Position numbers and translations under genes: made by a program
DNA from: Polyangium spumosum
GTDB lineage: Bacteria > Myxococcota_A > Polyangia > Polyangiales > Polyangiaceae
NCBI RefSeq assembly: GCF_009649845.1
Contig: NZ_WJIE01000009.1
Coordinates: forward strand, 1 to 32,684
Direction of reading: 5' to 3'
Length of the DNA stretch: 32,684 nt
Shown here: positions 23,010 to 31,194 of the stretch, one piece after another
Layout: the number at the start of each line of letters is the position of its first letter
How positions within the stretch are numbered: the stretch's first letter is position 1
Notes under the pieces: generated by a model
The model's database searches: none
What the model saw: only the letters and a program-made list of their open reading frames with translations
What the model was told of the DNA's origin: nothing

Positions 23010-24009
23010 GACGGGGGCCTGTTCGGCGTGGGAGAGAACGCGTACCCTGGAGCTCTTGGCAACCCGGATCGAAGGGCGGATCGGAGACCATTACCAGCTC
23101 TCGGCCGTGCTCGGCCGGGGGGCCATGGGCACGGTGTACGCGGCGAAGGACCTGCGCACGGGCAAACGCGTGGCCCTCAAGGCCCTGCACGTCCGCGGGT
23201 TCCTCGACCCGCGCGACCCGGACGTCCTGCGCTTCGAGCAGGAGGCGCGTATCGCAGGATCGCTCGCGTCCGAGCACATCGCCCAGGTCTTCGACATCGA
23301 GCGAGACCCCGAGACCGAGGCGCCGTTCCTCGTGATGGAGCTGCTCCGCGGCGAGGACCTGCAATCGCTGCTCGACCGCGTGGGGCCCCTCTCGGTCGAC
23401 GTGGCCTTGCGGATCGCGGCGCAGGCCGCGCGGGGGCTCGCGGCGGCGCACGCGGCCGGGGTCGTGCATCGGGACGTCAAGCCCGGCAACCTCTACCTGG
23501 CGCGGCAACATGGCGGCGAGATCGTGGTCAAGGTCCTCGATTTTGGCATCGCCAAGATACGGCGCCTCCCGGTCGACCTGTCCGCGGGCGCCGGGCTCAC
23601 GGCGCCGCAGGCGTCGATGACGGCGACGGGGCAGCTCCTCGGCTCGCCGCTCTACATGTCGCCGGAGCAGGTGGACGGCGCGAAGGGCCTCGACGCGCGC
23701 AGCGACGTGTTCTCGCTGGCCGTGACGCTCTACGCGATGCTCGCCGGCCGGCCGCCGCACGCGGACGTGAAATCGTTCCCGATGCTGCTCACGCGTATCT
23801 CGACGACGCCCATGCCCCGCATTCGCGCGGCGGCGCCGTGGGTCTCGCCCGAGGTCGAGGCGCTGCTCGACCACGCGGCGCAGCTCGACCGCGAGGCGCG
23901 ATTCCCGAACGCGGCGGGGTTGCTCGACGCGATCGAGCCTCTCCTCCCGGCAGGCGCGGCATTACGCGAGGAGCTGCTCGTCGGCTGCGGGGGGAATTCC
24001 GGACCGTGA
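22810..24009 (+). CDS. Hanks-type Ser/Thr protein kinase (soluble); 5' end embedded in the 21-bp repeat array
   Basis: The kinase domain is unambiguous: HYQLSAVLGRGAMGTVYAAKDLRTGKRVALKAL...HRDVKPGNLYL...DFGIAK...SPLYMSPEQ. The track start, GTG 22810, lies inside the repeats and gives an N-terminus of (TRSRT[CS]S)x9. The alternative TTG at 23056 gives MATRIEGRIGDHYQL, a typical kinase N-terminus, but with a poorly spaced GGAG. There is no ATG/GTG/TTG in this frame between the upstream TGA (22636) and 22810. Confidence 0.8.
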   Translation: MTSSTRSRTCSTRSRTSSTRSRTCSTRSRTCSTRSRTSSTRSRTCSTRSRTCSTRSRTSSTRSPTAWTGACSAWERTRTLELLATRIEGRIGDHYQLSAVLGRGAMGTVYAAKDLRTGKRVALKALHVRGFLDPRDPDVLRFEQEARIAGSLASEHIAQVFDIERDPETEAPFLVMELLRGEDLQSLLDRVGPLSVDVALRIAAQAARGLAAAHAAGVVHRDVKPGNLYLARQHGGEIVVKVLDFGIAKIRRLPVDLSAGAGLTAPQASMTATGQLLGSPLYMSPEQVDGAKGLDARSDVFSLAVTLYAMLAGRPPHADVKSFPMLLTRISTTPMPRIRAAAPWVSPEVEALLDHAAQLDREARFPNAAGLLDAIEPLLPAGAALREELLVGCGGNSGP

Positions 24010-24025
24010 TGAGGACCGACGCGTG

Positions 24026-25744
24026 ATGAACCAGCGGCAGATCCTGGCTTTTGTCGAGAAGCTCCGGCAGGCGCGGACCTTCGAGGACGCCGCGCAGGCC
24101 ATGCTGCGCGGGATGCTGGACGCGGCGAACGAGGCGCTCGGGGCGAGCGGGTTCGCGAACCGAGGCCGCATCCTCCGCGGCATGGCGCATCTGCGGCCCG
24201 GCGACGGCTACCGGCGATTGGTGCTCGTCGACGACGCCCACCGGAGCGGCGAGCCCGTGATCCACCATCTGCCCTCCGCGAGCGCGTGGCGGTGGATCGT
24301 CACGCGGGGGCGCCCCATTGCGCTCGACGTCCCGCTCGGCCGCGTGTGGACGCTGGAGGACGATGCGCCGAAGGTGCTCCAGGAGGGCGGGTTCTCCGGC
24401 CAGGACAGCGTGCTGCGATTGACGAACCGCGACACGAGCCACCTCTATGCGGTCCCCCTGCGGGCCTTCCACGGCGCGATCGAGGGGATGGCGACGGTCG
24501 AGGCGGCCTGCCCGCGGGCCGTGGGCGACGATTTCATCTTCCCGGCCCTCCACGAATCGCTCGAGGTCCTCGCCGACCTCGCGGCGCCTTATCTCGCGAC
24601 CTTGCCCTTGCGGCCTGTGACGGGTGGCGCCACGGACGAGCTCTTGCCGGTCATTGGCCAGACCATGGCGGGCTTGATCGAAATGCTCCGGGTCTTCGCG
24701 CAGCAGGAGGAGACCTTGCTCATCGGCGGTCCGACGGGGGCGGGCAAATCGCGGCTGGCGCGGTGGTGCCATGCGCAATCGGTCCGGCGGGGGGCGCCGT
24801 TCGAGGTGCTCGACCTCATCGCCGTGCCCGAGGAGCTCCAGATGGCGGAGCTCTTCGGCTGGAAAAAGGGCGCCTTCACGGGCGCGGTGCGCGACACGCC
24901 GGGCTGCATCACGCGGGCGTTCAAGGGGACCTTGTTCATCGACGAGATCGACAAGCTCTCGCTGAAGGCGCAGGCGGGCTTGCTCCAGCTCCTCGAATCG
25001 CGGACGTATCGCCCGATCGGGGACGGGGCGCGGGAGCAGCAGGCGAACGTGCGCTTCATCGTGGGCAGCAACGTCGACCTGTACGATCAGGTGAAGGCGG
25101 GCCGTTTCCGGGAGGATCTTTATTATCGGATCAACGTGCTGCCCTTGAAGATCCCCCCGCTCGACGAGCGGCGGGACGAGGTGGCGGAGTGGGCGCGATT
25201 CATGGCGGTGCGGCGTCATCGTGAATCGGTGCCGGGCGGAGAGGTGCGAATCCTGGCGGGGGCGGAGCGGCTGCTGGCGGAGCACACGTGGCCGGGGAAT
25301 TTGCGGCAGCTCGACAACGTGGTGCGGCGGGCCTACGCGCTCGCGTTGATGACGCATGGCCAGGCGGGGGCGGAGGTCGTGCTGGAGGAGAAACATTTCG
25401 CGCGGGCCTTGAGCTACGAGCGCGGGAGCGAGCGGCGGTCGGCGCTGGAGGCGCTACGCGGCGCGGCGGAGGCGCTGGTGGAGGAGGCGGAGCGGCTGGA
25501 GGCGAAGGGGCAGGGGCTCGAGCTGGAGGTATGCGACGCGTTCCGCGGGATCGTGCTGGGGACGGCGGTGGAGAAGCTCGGCAGCCGGGACGCGGCGTTC
25601 CGGCTGTTCGGGAAGGGCGCGCAGGTGCAGGCGCGCAATCACCACAAGATGTTGCGGCGCGAATGGGAGAAGGTGGAGGCGCTCTGCAAGGCGCTCGGGG
25701 AGGAGGGAGCGCCGTTCAAGGGGATGGGGGAGGAGGAGGGGTGA
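24026..25744 (+). CDS. sigma-54-dependent transcriptional activator (GAF-like N-domain, AAA+ sigma-54 interaction domain, degenerate C-terminal HTH)
   Basis: Walker A is LLIGGPTGAGKSRLAR. The GAFTGA motif is WKKGAFTGA. Walker B/ESR is TLFIDEIDKLS...RFIVGSNVDL...EDLYYRINVL. The ATG is 14 nt after the kinase stop and follows GAGGA, fitting an operon with the Ser/Thr kinase. Confidence 0.9.
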   Translation: MNQRQILAFVEKLRQARTFEDAAQAMLRGMLDAANEALGASGFANRGRILRGMAHLRPGDGYRRLVLVDDAHRSGEPVIHHLPSASAWRWIVTRGRPIALDVPLGRVWTLEDDAPKVLQEGGFSGQDSVLRLTNRDTSHLYAVPLRAFHGAIEGMATVEAACPRAVGDDFIFPALHESLEVLADLAAPYLATLPLRPVTGGATDELLPVIGQTMAGLIEMLRVFAQQEETLLIGGPTGAGKSRLARWCHAQSVRRGAPFEVLDLIAVPEELQMAELFGWKKGAFTGAVRDTPGCITRAFKGTLFIDEIDKLSLKAQAGLLQLLESRTYRPIGDGAREQQANVRFIVGSNVDLYDQVKAGRFREDLYYRINVLPLKIPPLDERRDEVAEWARFMAVRRHRESVPGGEVRILAGAERLLAEHTWPGNLRQLDNVVRRAYALALMTHGQAGAEVVLEEKHFARALSYERGSERRSALEALRGAAEALVEEAERLEAKGQGLELEVCDAFRGIVLGTAVEKLGSRDAAFRLFGKGAQVQARNHHKMLRREWEKVEALCKALGEEGAPFKGMGEEEG

Positions 25745-25751
25745 GGGGCAC

Positions 25752-26582
25752 TCACTGCAGTATGTAGCAGCTCGCGTCCTCGGTCTTGAGGCGTACCCGG
25801 ATCGTCTCGGTGTAGCCATAGCTGTCGAAGTAGTCCCAGAGGCCGCCCTCCAAGGAACCTCCCCCGGAACCGCACACACCGAGGTTCGTCAGGTTGCACG
25901 TCGAGCTCGTGTCGCAGATGCGGGTTGACATGGCCTGGGCAGGATCGCCGCACGCGTTCGCGAGGTCGTCCTCCCAGCACACGTACGCCTCCGAGTTCGC
26001 TGGGCCCAGGAACAGATTGCCGAACGCGGTCGACTCGCGGAGATTGTACGTCCCCTGCAAGGTGCTGTCGGGCTCGATGGCGGCGTGCGCCCCCTCGAGC
26101 AGGATGGGCACGGGCTCCTCGAAGGCATTCAGCTTTTGAATCATGCAGGCGGAGACCCACCGTTGCTCCGAGAGCGTAAGCGGAGCGCCAAGCCATCCAT
26201 CGGCGAGCCCCCACCAACCCCTGTACGTCTCCCCGGTGATCGGGTCACGCACCGCCTGGTCCTCGCGTAGCGCGCACTTCACGGCCGATCTGAAATACTG
26301 GTGAGAGTAGACCGGCGGCTTGGTGAGGAACGATATCATCGTTCCACCTCCTGCATCGAGCGCCTGAGAGCCGATGGCGTATAGCGCCGTCAGCGTTTGG
26401 GGCCACCACAAGGGCACCGAGTCGTCGCCATTCTGCCCGGTCGGCGGCGGATCGGGGTCGCCCATCGTCTGGAACGGGACGTCGAACATGTCCTCGTCGA
26501 GCGCGTGTTCGGGGCCGCTGCAGCCGGTCGCCAAGGTGCATGCGCCAGCGAGCATCAAGGATGAAAGTCGAACGTTGATCAT
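25752..26582 (-). CDS. lipoprotein, paralog A of a tandem pair (unknown family)
   Basis: The track ORF runs to 27278. The internal ATG at 26580-26582 gives MINVRLSSLMLAGACTLATGC, a signal peptide with LATGC lipobox. It continues SGPEHALDEDMFDVPFQTMGDPDPPPTGQNGDD...YRGWWGLADGW...LLEGAH and ends in a Cys-rich C-terminal third. Its stop is 7 nt from the convergent activator stop. Confidence 0.8.
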   Translation of the reverse strand: MINVRLSSLMLAGACTLATGCSGPEHALDEDMFDVPFQTMGDPDPPPTGQNGDDSVPLWWPQTLTALYAIGSQALDAGGGTMISFLTKPPVYSHQYFRSAVKCALREDQAVRDPITGETYRGWWGLADGWLGAPLTLSEQRWVSACMIQKLNAFEEPVPILLEGAHAAIEPDSTLQGTYNLRESTAFGNLFLGPANSEAYVCWEDDLANACGDPAQAMSTRICDTSSTCNLTNLGVCGSGGGSLEGGLWDYFDSYGYTETIRVRLKTEDASCYILQ

Positions 26583-26674
26583 GAGTACCTTTCCATTCAA
26601 TGGCAGCCCCTTGCAGGGCGCCGCTAGCGGCTCGGATTCGGTGGACGAGGCTCGTCGTGGACCACGAAGTGGGG

Positions 26675-27580
26675 TCACTCCGGGAGGTCGCAGTCGAGCC
26701 CGTACATGTCGAGGTTGGGCAGGCGCTCGCGGAAATTGAGATAGGTGCCGCCGCAGCTCCAGTAGTTTCCGCCGTTCCACCAAGTGCACGCGGTCTCGCA
26801 CGGCCCTACCACGTGGACGCCACACGAGGTGCCTGCGGTGCCGCAGAGCTTGTCGTCGAGCACGGCCTCCGCATCGTTGCAGTCGTACATCAGGTCGTCG
26901 AAGTAACACGCGCTGGCCGTGAACGCGGGGCGGGAAAAGCGCGGGGTATAATCTTCGGGCTCGAGGGGCGCGATCGAATCGAACAGATTGCCCCAGACGA
27001 TCGAGTCGTACTTGGGGTATCCAGACGGGACCGTGTTGATGTAGAAGCCCGGGCGATACCCCTCCAGCAAGAGGTTCGTGGTGGTCTTGTAACCATTGAG
27101 GTGCTGGACGAGGCAGGAGGTCATCCAGTATCTGTTGTCGGAGCCGAGGGCCTGGGTCTGCCATTGCGAGGCGACGCCGTACCAGCCGGAGTACGTCAGG
27201 TTCGTGGCAGGATCCGTGACGGTCACGTTCTGCGGCAGGGCGCACTTGATCAGGAACTTGAGGGCGTGTTCCCTGCACGAATCGGACCCGAGCTGCGGCA
27301 GGTGCGGCATGCTGGGGAGCTGCCCCTGCGCATTGACGAGCGGGCCATCAGCGAGATCGCGGTACGTCTGCTGGACGCCGTGGTGCCAGAAGCAGTTGGG
27401 GAAGAAGGGATTTTGCCCGGTGGGGGGCGGATCGGGATCCGGATCGCCGCCGGTCATCGGCTCGAGCGGCACGTCGAACGCGTCCACTCCGACCGTGCCT
27501 CCGGCACCGATGTCTCCGCACCCCGTCGCCAGCATACAAGCACTGACCAGGATCATGCACGAGGATCGAACGTCATTCAT
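26675..27580 (-). CDS. lipoprotein, paralog B of a tandem pair (unknown family)
   Basis: MNDVRSSCMILVSACMLATGC has the same LATGC lipobox. Collinear motifs are shared with paralog A: GDPDPDPPPTGQNPF, YSGWYGVASQW, LLLEGY and a C-terminal Cys cluster (CYFDDLMYDCND...CGTAGTSCGVHVVGPCETACTWW). The track first codon is GTG at 27590-27592, and the ATG is 4 codons later. Confidence 0.8.
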   Translation of the reverse strand: MNDVRSSCMILVSACMLATGCGDIGAGGTVGVDAFDVPLEPMTGGDPDPDPPPTGQNPFFPNCFWHHGVQQTYRDLADGPLVNAQGQLPSMPHLPQLGSDSCREHALKFLIKCALPQNVTVTDPATNLTYSGWYGVASQWQTQALGSDNRYWMTSCLVQHLNGYKTTTNLLLEGYRPGFYINTVPSGYPKYDSIVWGNLFDSIAPLEPEDYTPRFSRPAFTASACYFDDLMYDCNDAEAVLDDKLCGTAGTSCGVHVVGPCETACTWWNGGNYWSCGGTYLNFRERLPNLDMYGLDCDLPE

Positions 27581-27618
27581 GAGTGCCTCCACGGTTCCGC
27601 GAGCCGAGCGGACGGTAG

Positions 27619-27636
27619 TGCACCGCTCGTGCCAAC
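27619..27636 (-). promoter_or_regulatory. candidate sigma-54 (-24/-12) promoter upstream of lipoprotein paralog B
   Basis: The minus strand reads TTGGCACGAGCGGTGCA. TGGCACG is a 7/7 match to the -24 element. GG to GC spacing is exactly 10 nt. The -12 element is GTGC versus the TTGC consensus. The predicted start is ~25-30 nt upstream of the ATG at 27580. A sigma-54 activator is encoded 2 kb away. Confidence 0.35.
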
Positions 27637-27761
27637 TCCACGTGAGCCGTGACGACGGGCGTCATCGTAGGGACCGGAGGCCTCGGTACGGCAGGTGAAG
27701 CCCACCCGCCACCACGTCTCGGATACGTTGGTGTTACAGGGTGCGGTATCAGGTGTCCGTG

Positions 27762-27781
27762 GGGTACGCGAGCGCGTACCC
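27762..27781. promoter_or_regulatory. perfect palindrome GGGTACGC-gagc-GCGTACCC ~130 bp upstream of the sigma-54 candidate (possible enhancer/UAS, or 3' hairpin of the upstream kinase gene)
   Basis: Read directly: 8-bp arms with a 4-nt spacer. It lies in the intergenic region between the receptor kinase stop (27799) and paralog B. The distance to the -24 element fits activator enhancer geometry. It lacks a U-tract, so it is not a canonical terminator. Confidence 0.25.
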
Positions 27782-27798
27782 AGGGGACGCGGCGGGTC

Positions 27799-30700
27799 TC
27801 AGAGCAACGCAAGCGCCTCCATGAGAGCCTGGCCATGTTGGCGCTCGAGGCTGTGATCCTCGCGGAAGGCGGACTCCAGGGCCTCCCTCGCGCGACGGGC
27901 GGCGTCGGAGACCGCGGCCCCACGGCCTGCCGCGCGAGCCTGTACCAGGTAGAGTAGACCCTTCGCCAGGAGCGCCGTGGCCATGTGTGGATTTATCGAG
28001 AGCGCCTTGTCCGCCATGAGGAGCCCGGCGGCGACGTCCTCGCGCGAACTTCTGGCGGTCTGCTGGGCCCACGACGCCCGCCAGGCATGGATCTCGGCCG
28101 CGATTTGGTATGGGTTCGGATCCCTGGCATCGGAGAGCAACGGGCGTATCGTCGCGAGGGCGGCATCAAAGGCGTCGGCGTCCACGTCCCTCCGTTGCAC
28201 GGCGACGCGTATGGCGATCAGGTCGATCTCCGCGGTCATTCCGCGCAGGTCGGGGGTCAGGCCCCCGCGAAGCTTCGCCGCCTCCGATGTAGCTTGCCGT
28301 GCGGTCGAGACGGAGGCGTCCGGGGCGAGACCTTCCTGGATCTCGTACAAGGCACGCAGATAATAACAGCAGGCCACTTCGGCGAGCAGGTACGGATCTC
28401 TGGGCTGGTCACCGGCGAAGCGACGCACCCTATCGAGAGCTGATTGTATCGATGGGCGTGGATCTCGGCCGAGGGAGAGCTCGCGAAGTCCTTGGAGTCG
28501 CTCCACGCGTGCCCTCCAGTAGGCTTTACGAAATGGGTCGATGTTTTCCCGCTGCTCGAGTGACGTGAGTGCCGCCGCCAGCGCCGCGACTGGAGCCATC
28601 TCGGCTCGACCTCGTTGGATCTCGTGACGCACCAGCAGGGCGAGCGCCTGGACTCTCAGATGGATGGGTGGCGCGAAGGCCGGATCCAGCGCGATCGCGC
28701 GGTCGAAATGTCGGAGGGCCTCGTTCACGACATCCTGCACATCCTCGCCGCGCGAGGTGGCCCGGCCTGCAGCCGCAAGATATACCTGCCCCAGCTCGTT
28801 GACCGCCCAGGTGAAGCTCGGGTCGAGCTCGATGGCTCGACGATACGCAGAGATGACGGGCTCGACCGATAGATCCTCGCCCCGCGAGGAGAGGATCTGC
28901 GTGTGGTTGTTGATCGAGCGCGCCATCGCATAATGCGCCATCACGTCCCCCGGGCTCATGCGCACGCTCTCCTCCGCCGCGCGCACCGCCTCCTCCGCGA
29001 CCCGCCGTGCTTCCTCCCCGGTATCGCCGCGGAATGCATACGATCGCGCCGACATCACGAGCGCCCGCTGCACCCGCGCCCTTCCATCCTTCGAGCTCGC
29101 CTGCACCGCGCGCATGCAAGCTTCATCCGCCGTATCGAGCGCCGCCTTCATCGACGCCCCCTTCTCCCCCGCTGCCCACCCCATCTTCTCCCAAAGCTCA
29201 CACTCCGCCCGATGCAGGTCCGGATCACTCTCCCCCATCCGCGCCGCCACCGCGTACGCCTCCGCCGCCGGATCGAAATACCGCTTCATCTTCTCCCAAT
29301 CGAACGCCGCGTCGTGCCGATACTTGCTCCCCTCCGCGAACAACGCATCCGCCTCCAGTTGCTTCGCCTCGTACATCCACGGCGCCTGCTCGAACGCCTC
29401 CTTCCCCAGCGCCCGCGCCTCCTCGTTCCTCCCCTCGTACAGCGCGATCAGCCCCTCCACGTACGCCGGCGCCTCGATCTCCGCCCCCGACGCCGCCCGC
29501 AGATGCCCGAGCGCAGGATCCCGCAACGCCGCCGCGAGCTCCGCCTCCCGCTTCTTTCGCTCCTCCGCGTTCGTGATCCGCTTCGTCTCGTCGAGCGCCC
29601 TTCGATACAGCTCCCCCAGCGTCCGACCGAGCGCATATTCGAGCTCCGGCGACCGATACCCCGCCGCCACCGCCGCCTCCAGGTGCTCCCGCGCCTTCTC
29701 CGGATCCCCCAGCGCCAGATACCCCCGCCCGAGCGCGTAATGCCCCGGCCCCTCGCCGACCCGCCCCGCCTCCTTCATTCGTTGCTCGATCCCCGCGAGC
29801 TTCCGCCGCACCACGTCCCGCTCCCGCTCCACGTCGTGCAAGGGCAATGCGTAGGCCGCGCGCAGGAAGAGCTCCATCTCCTTCACCCGCTCCCCGAGCT
29901 CCTGCGCGAGCCTCGCCTCCGCCGCCGCCTGCTGCCGCGCCTCGAACCACACACCCGAGAGCGCGAGCGCGGCGACGAGCGACGCCCCCCCGAGCGCCGT
30001 CGCGAGCTTGTGCTTCCGCGCCTTCTTCAGGAGCACGTATCCCCAGGACGCACGCCGCGCCGCGATGGGCTCCCCGTCCAGAAATCGCTGCAGATCCTCC
30101 GCGAGCGCCCGCGCCGATTCGTATCGACGCCCGGGATCACGCTCCAGGCATTTCATCACGATCGTCTCGAGGTCCGCCGGCACCCCCTTCTTCACCGTCC
30201 CGAGCGGCGGCGGATCCTCGAACGCCACCATCATCAAGAGCTTCCACGCGTGTGGCGCGACGAACGGTGGCCGCTCCGCGAGGACGTCGTACAAGGTCGC
30301 CCCGAGCGAATACACGTCCGAACGTCGATCCAGCGCGTGCACCTCGCCCTTCGCTTGCTCCGGCGACATGAACGCCGGCGTCCCCAGCACCGCCCCCGTC
30401 ACCGTCTCCCCCTTGTCCGCGACCTCCCGCGCCAGACCAAAATCCATCACGTACGGCTTGATTCCCCCGTCCGCGTCGGCCTCGACCATGATGTTCCCGG
30501 GCTTCAGATCCCGATGAATCAGCCCGAGCCGGTGCGCCTCGTGCACCGCCGCCGCGACCTCGCGCATCACCTTCACGCGTTGCTCGAGCGAGAGCCGCCC
30601 GGCCATCCTCGAGAGCGGCTCGCCCTCGATGTATTGCATCGCGATGAACGGCTCGCCGTCGGCCTCCCCGGCCTCGTAAATGCGGCAGACGTGCTCGTGC

Positions 30701-31011
30701 TGGATCTTCGCCTGCGCGCGCGCCTCCAGCAGGAAACGCCGCCAGAGCTCCGGATCGCTGCCCTTCAAGAGCTTGAGCGCCACCACGCGCCCGAGCCGCT
30801 TGTCCCGGCCGCGGTAGACCGCCCCCATCCCGCCTTCGCCGAGGAAATGGATGTCCTCGTACCGCTCCGCGAGGGACGGAGGCACGAAGCGACGCTCGGA
30901 CCGCGGCACCGAACGAGGGCCTGATTCCGTCGACGCGAGACCCGGCGCCGCGAGCACCGTGGTGTTCTCCACGTCGACGTTCTCCTCGGGCGACGCTCGA
31001 ACGATCCTCAT
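27799..31011 (-). CDS. receptor-type Ser/Thr protein kinase: N-terminal Hanks kinase, single TM, ~700-aa C-terminal helical (TPR-like) repeat domain
   Basis: The track ORF 27799..32070 is over-extended. The internal ATG at 31009-31011 has GGGGGAGG 5 nt upstream and gives MRIVRASPEEN...YEDIHFLGEGGMGAVYRGRDKRLGRVVALKLL...HRDLKPGNIMV...DFGLAR...GTPAFMSPEQ. A TM helix (KLATALGGASLVAALALSGVWF) follows, then a long alpha-helical repeat region (e.g. ALGRGYLALGDPEKAREHLEAAVAAGY). The sequence beyond 31011 overlaps a real + strand gene. Confidence 0.9.
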   Translation of the reverse strand: MRIVRASPEENVDVENTTVLAAPGLASTESGPRSVPRSERRFVPPSLAERYEDIHFLGEGGMGAVYRGRDKRLGRVVALKLLKGSDPELWRRFLLEARAQAKIQHEHVCRIYEAGEADGEPFIAMQYIEGEPLSRMAGRLSLEQRVKVMREVAAAVHEAHRLGLIHRDLKPGNIMVEADADGGIKPYVMDFGLAREVADKGETVTGAVLGTPAFMSPEQAKGEVHALDRRSDVYSLGATLYDVLAERPPFVAPHAWKLLMMVAFEDPPPLGTVKKGVPADLETIVMKCLERDPGRRYESARALAEDLQRFLDGEPIAARRASWGYVLLKKARKHKLATALGGASLVAALALSGVWFEARQQAAAEARLAQELGERVKEMELFLRAAYALPLHDVERERDVVRRKLAGIEQRMKEAGRVGEGPGHYALGRGYLALGDPEKAREHLEAAVAAGYRSPELEYALGRTLGELYRRALDETKRITNAEERKKREAELAAALRDPALGHLRAASGAEIEAPAYVEGLIALYEGRNEEARALGKEAFEQAPWMYEAKQLEADALFAEGSKYRHDAAFDWEKMKRYFDPAAEAYAVAARMGESDPDLHRAECELWEKMGWAAGEKGASMKAALDTADEACMRAVQASSKDGRARVQRALVMSARSYAFRGDTGEEARRVAEEAVRAAEESVRMSPGDVMAHYAMARSINNHTQILSSRGEDLSVEPVISAYRRAIELDPSFTWAVNELGQVYLAAAGRATSRGEDVQDVVNEALRHFDRAIALDPAFAPPIHLRVQALALLVRHEIQRGRAEMAPVAALAAALTSLEQRENIDPFRKAYWRARVERLQGLRELSLGRDPRPSIQSALDRVRRFAGDQPRDPYLLAEVACCYYLRALYEIQEGLAPDASVSTARQATSEAAKLRGGLTPDLRGMTAEIDLIAIRVAVQRRDVDADAFDAALATIRPLLSDARDPNPYQIAAEIHAWRASWAQQTARSSREDVAAGLLMADKALSINPHMATALLAKGLLYLVQARAAGRGAAVSDAARRAREALESAFREDHSLERQHGQALMEALALL

Positions 31012-31044
31012 CCAGCCTCCCCCCTTTGCAGCCAGAGCATTCCG

Positions 31045-31060
31045 GGCAAACACCATACCA
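31045..31060 (-). promoter_or_regulatory. weaker sigma-54-like -24/-12 match upstream of the receptor kinase gene
   Basis: The minus strand reads TGGTATGGTGTTTGCC. GG to GC spacing is 10 nt. The -12 element is TTTGC, a perfect TTGC core. The -24 element is TGGTAT versus TGGCAC. The predicted start is ~24 nt upstream of the ATG at 31011. Confidence 0.22.
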
Positions 31061-31194
31061 GCCGAGCGGCCCGCGCGGAAGCCGCCGTTTCGTTCGTCCG
31101 TGCCGCCCGCCATCGCGCCGGCTCGACGAAATGTCGCGCCTGCGCAACGCCTCGCGCCTTTCTGACATCGAAGCCCGGATCGAGGAGGTTTTCC

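Noticed and set aside
22467-24026. 519-aa + strand ORF (frame of DPVADLL) running through the kinase gene.
   Set aside because: Downstream of the repeats it is the +2 frame of a clearly real kinase and translates to Arg/Gly/Pro noise. Only its repeat portion is discussed, as a finding.
26597-26611. TGGCAGCCCCTTGCA, a sigma-54-like match on the + strand between the two lipoprotein genes.
   Set aside because: GG-GC spacing is 9 rather than 10. It is also on the wrong strand, pointing into the 3' end of a minus-strand gene.
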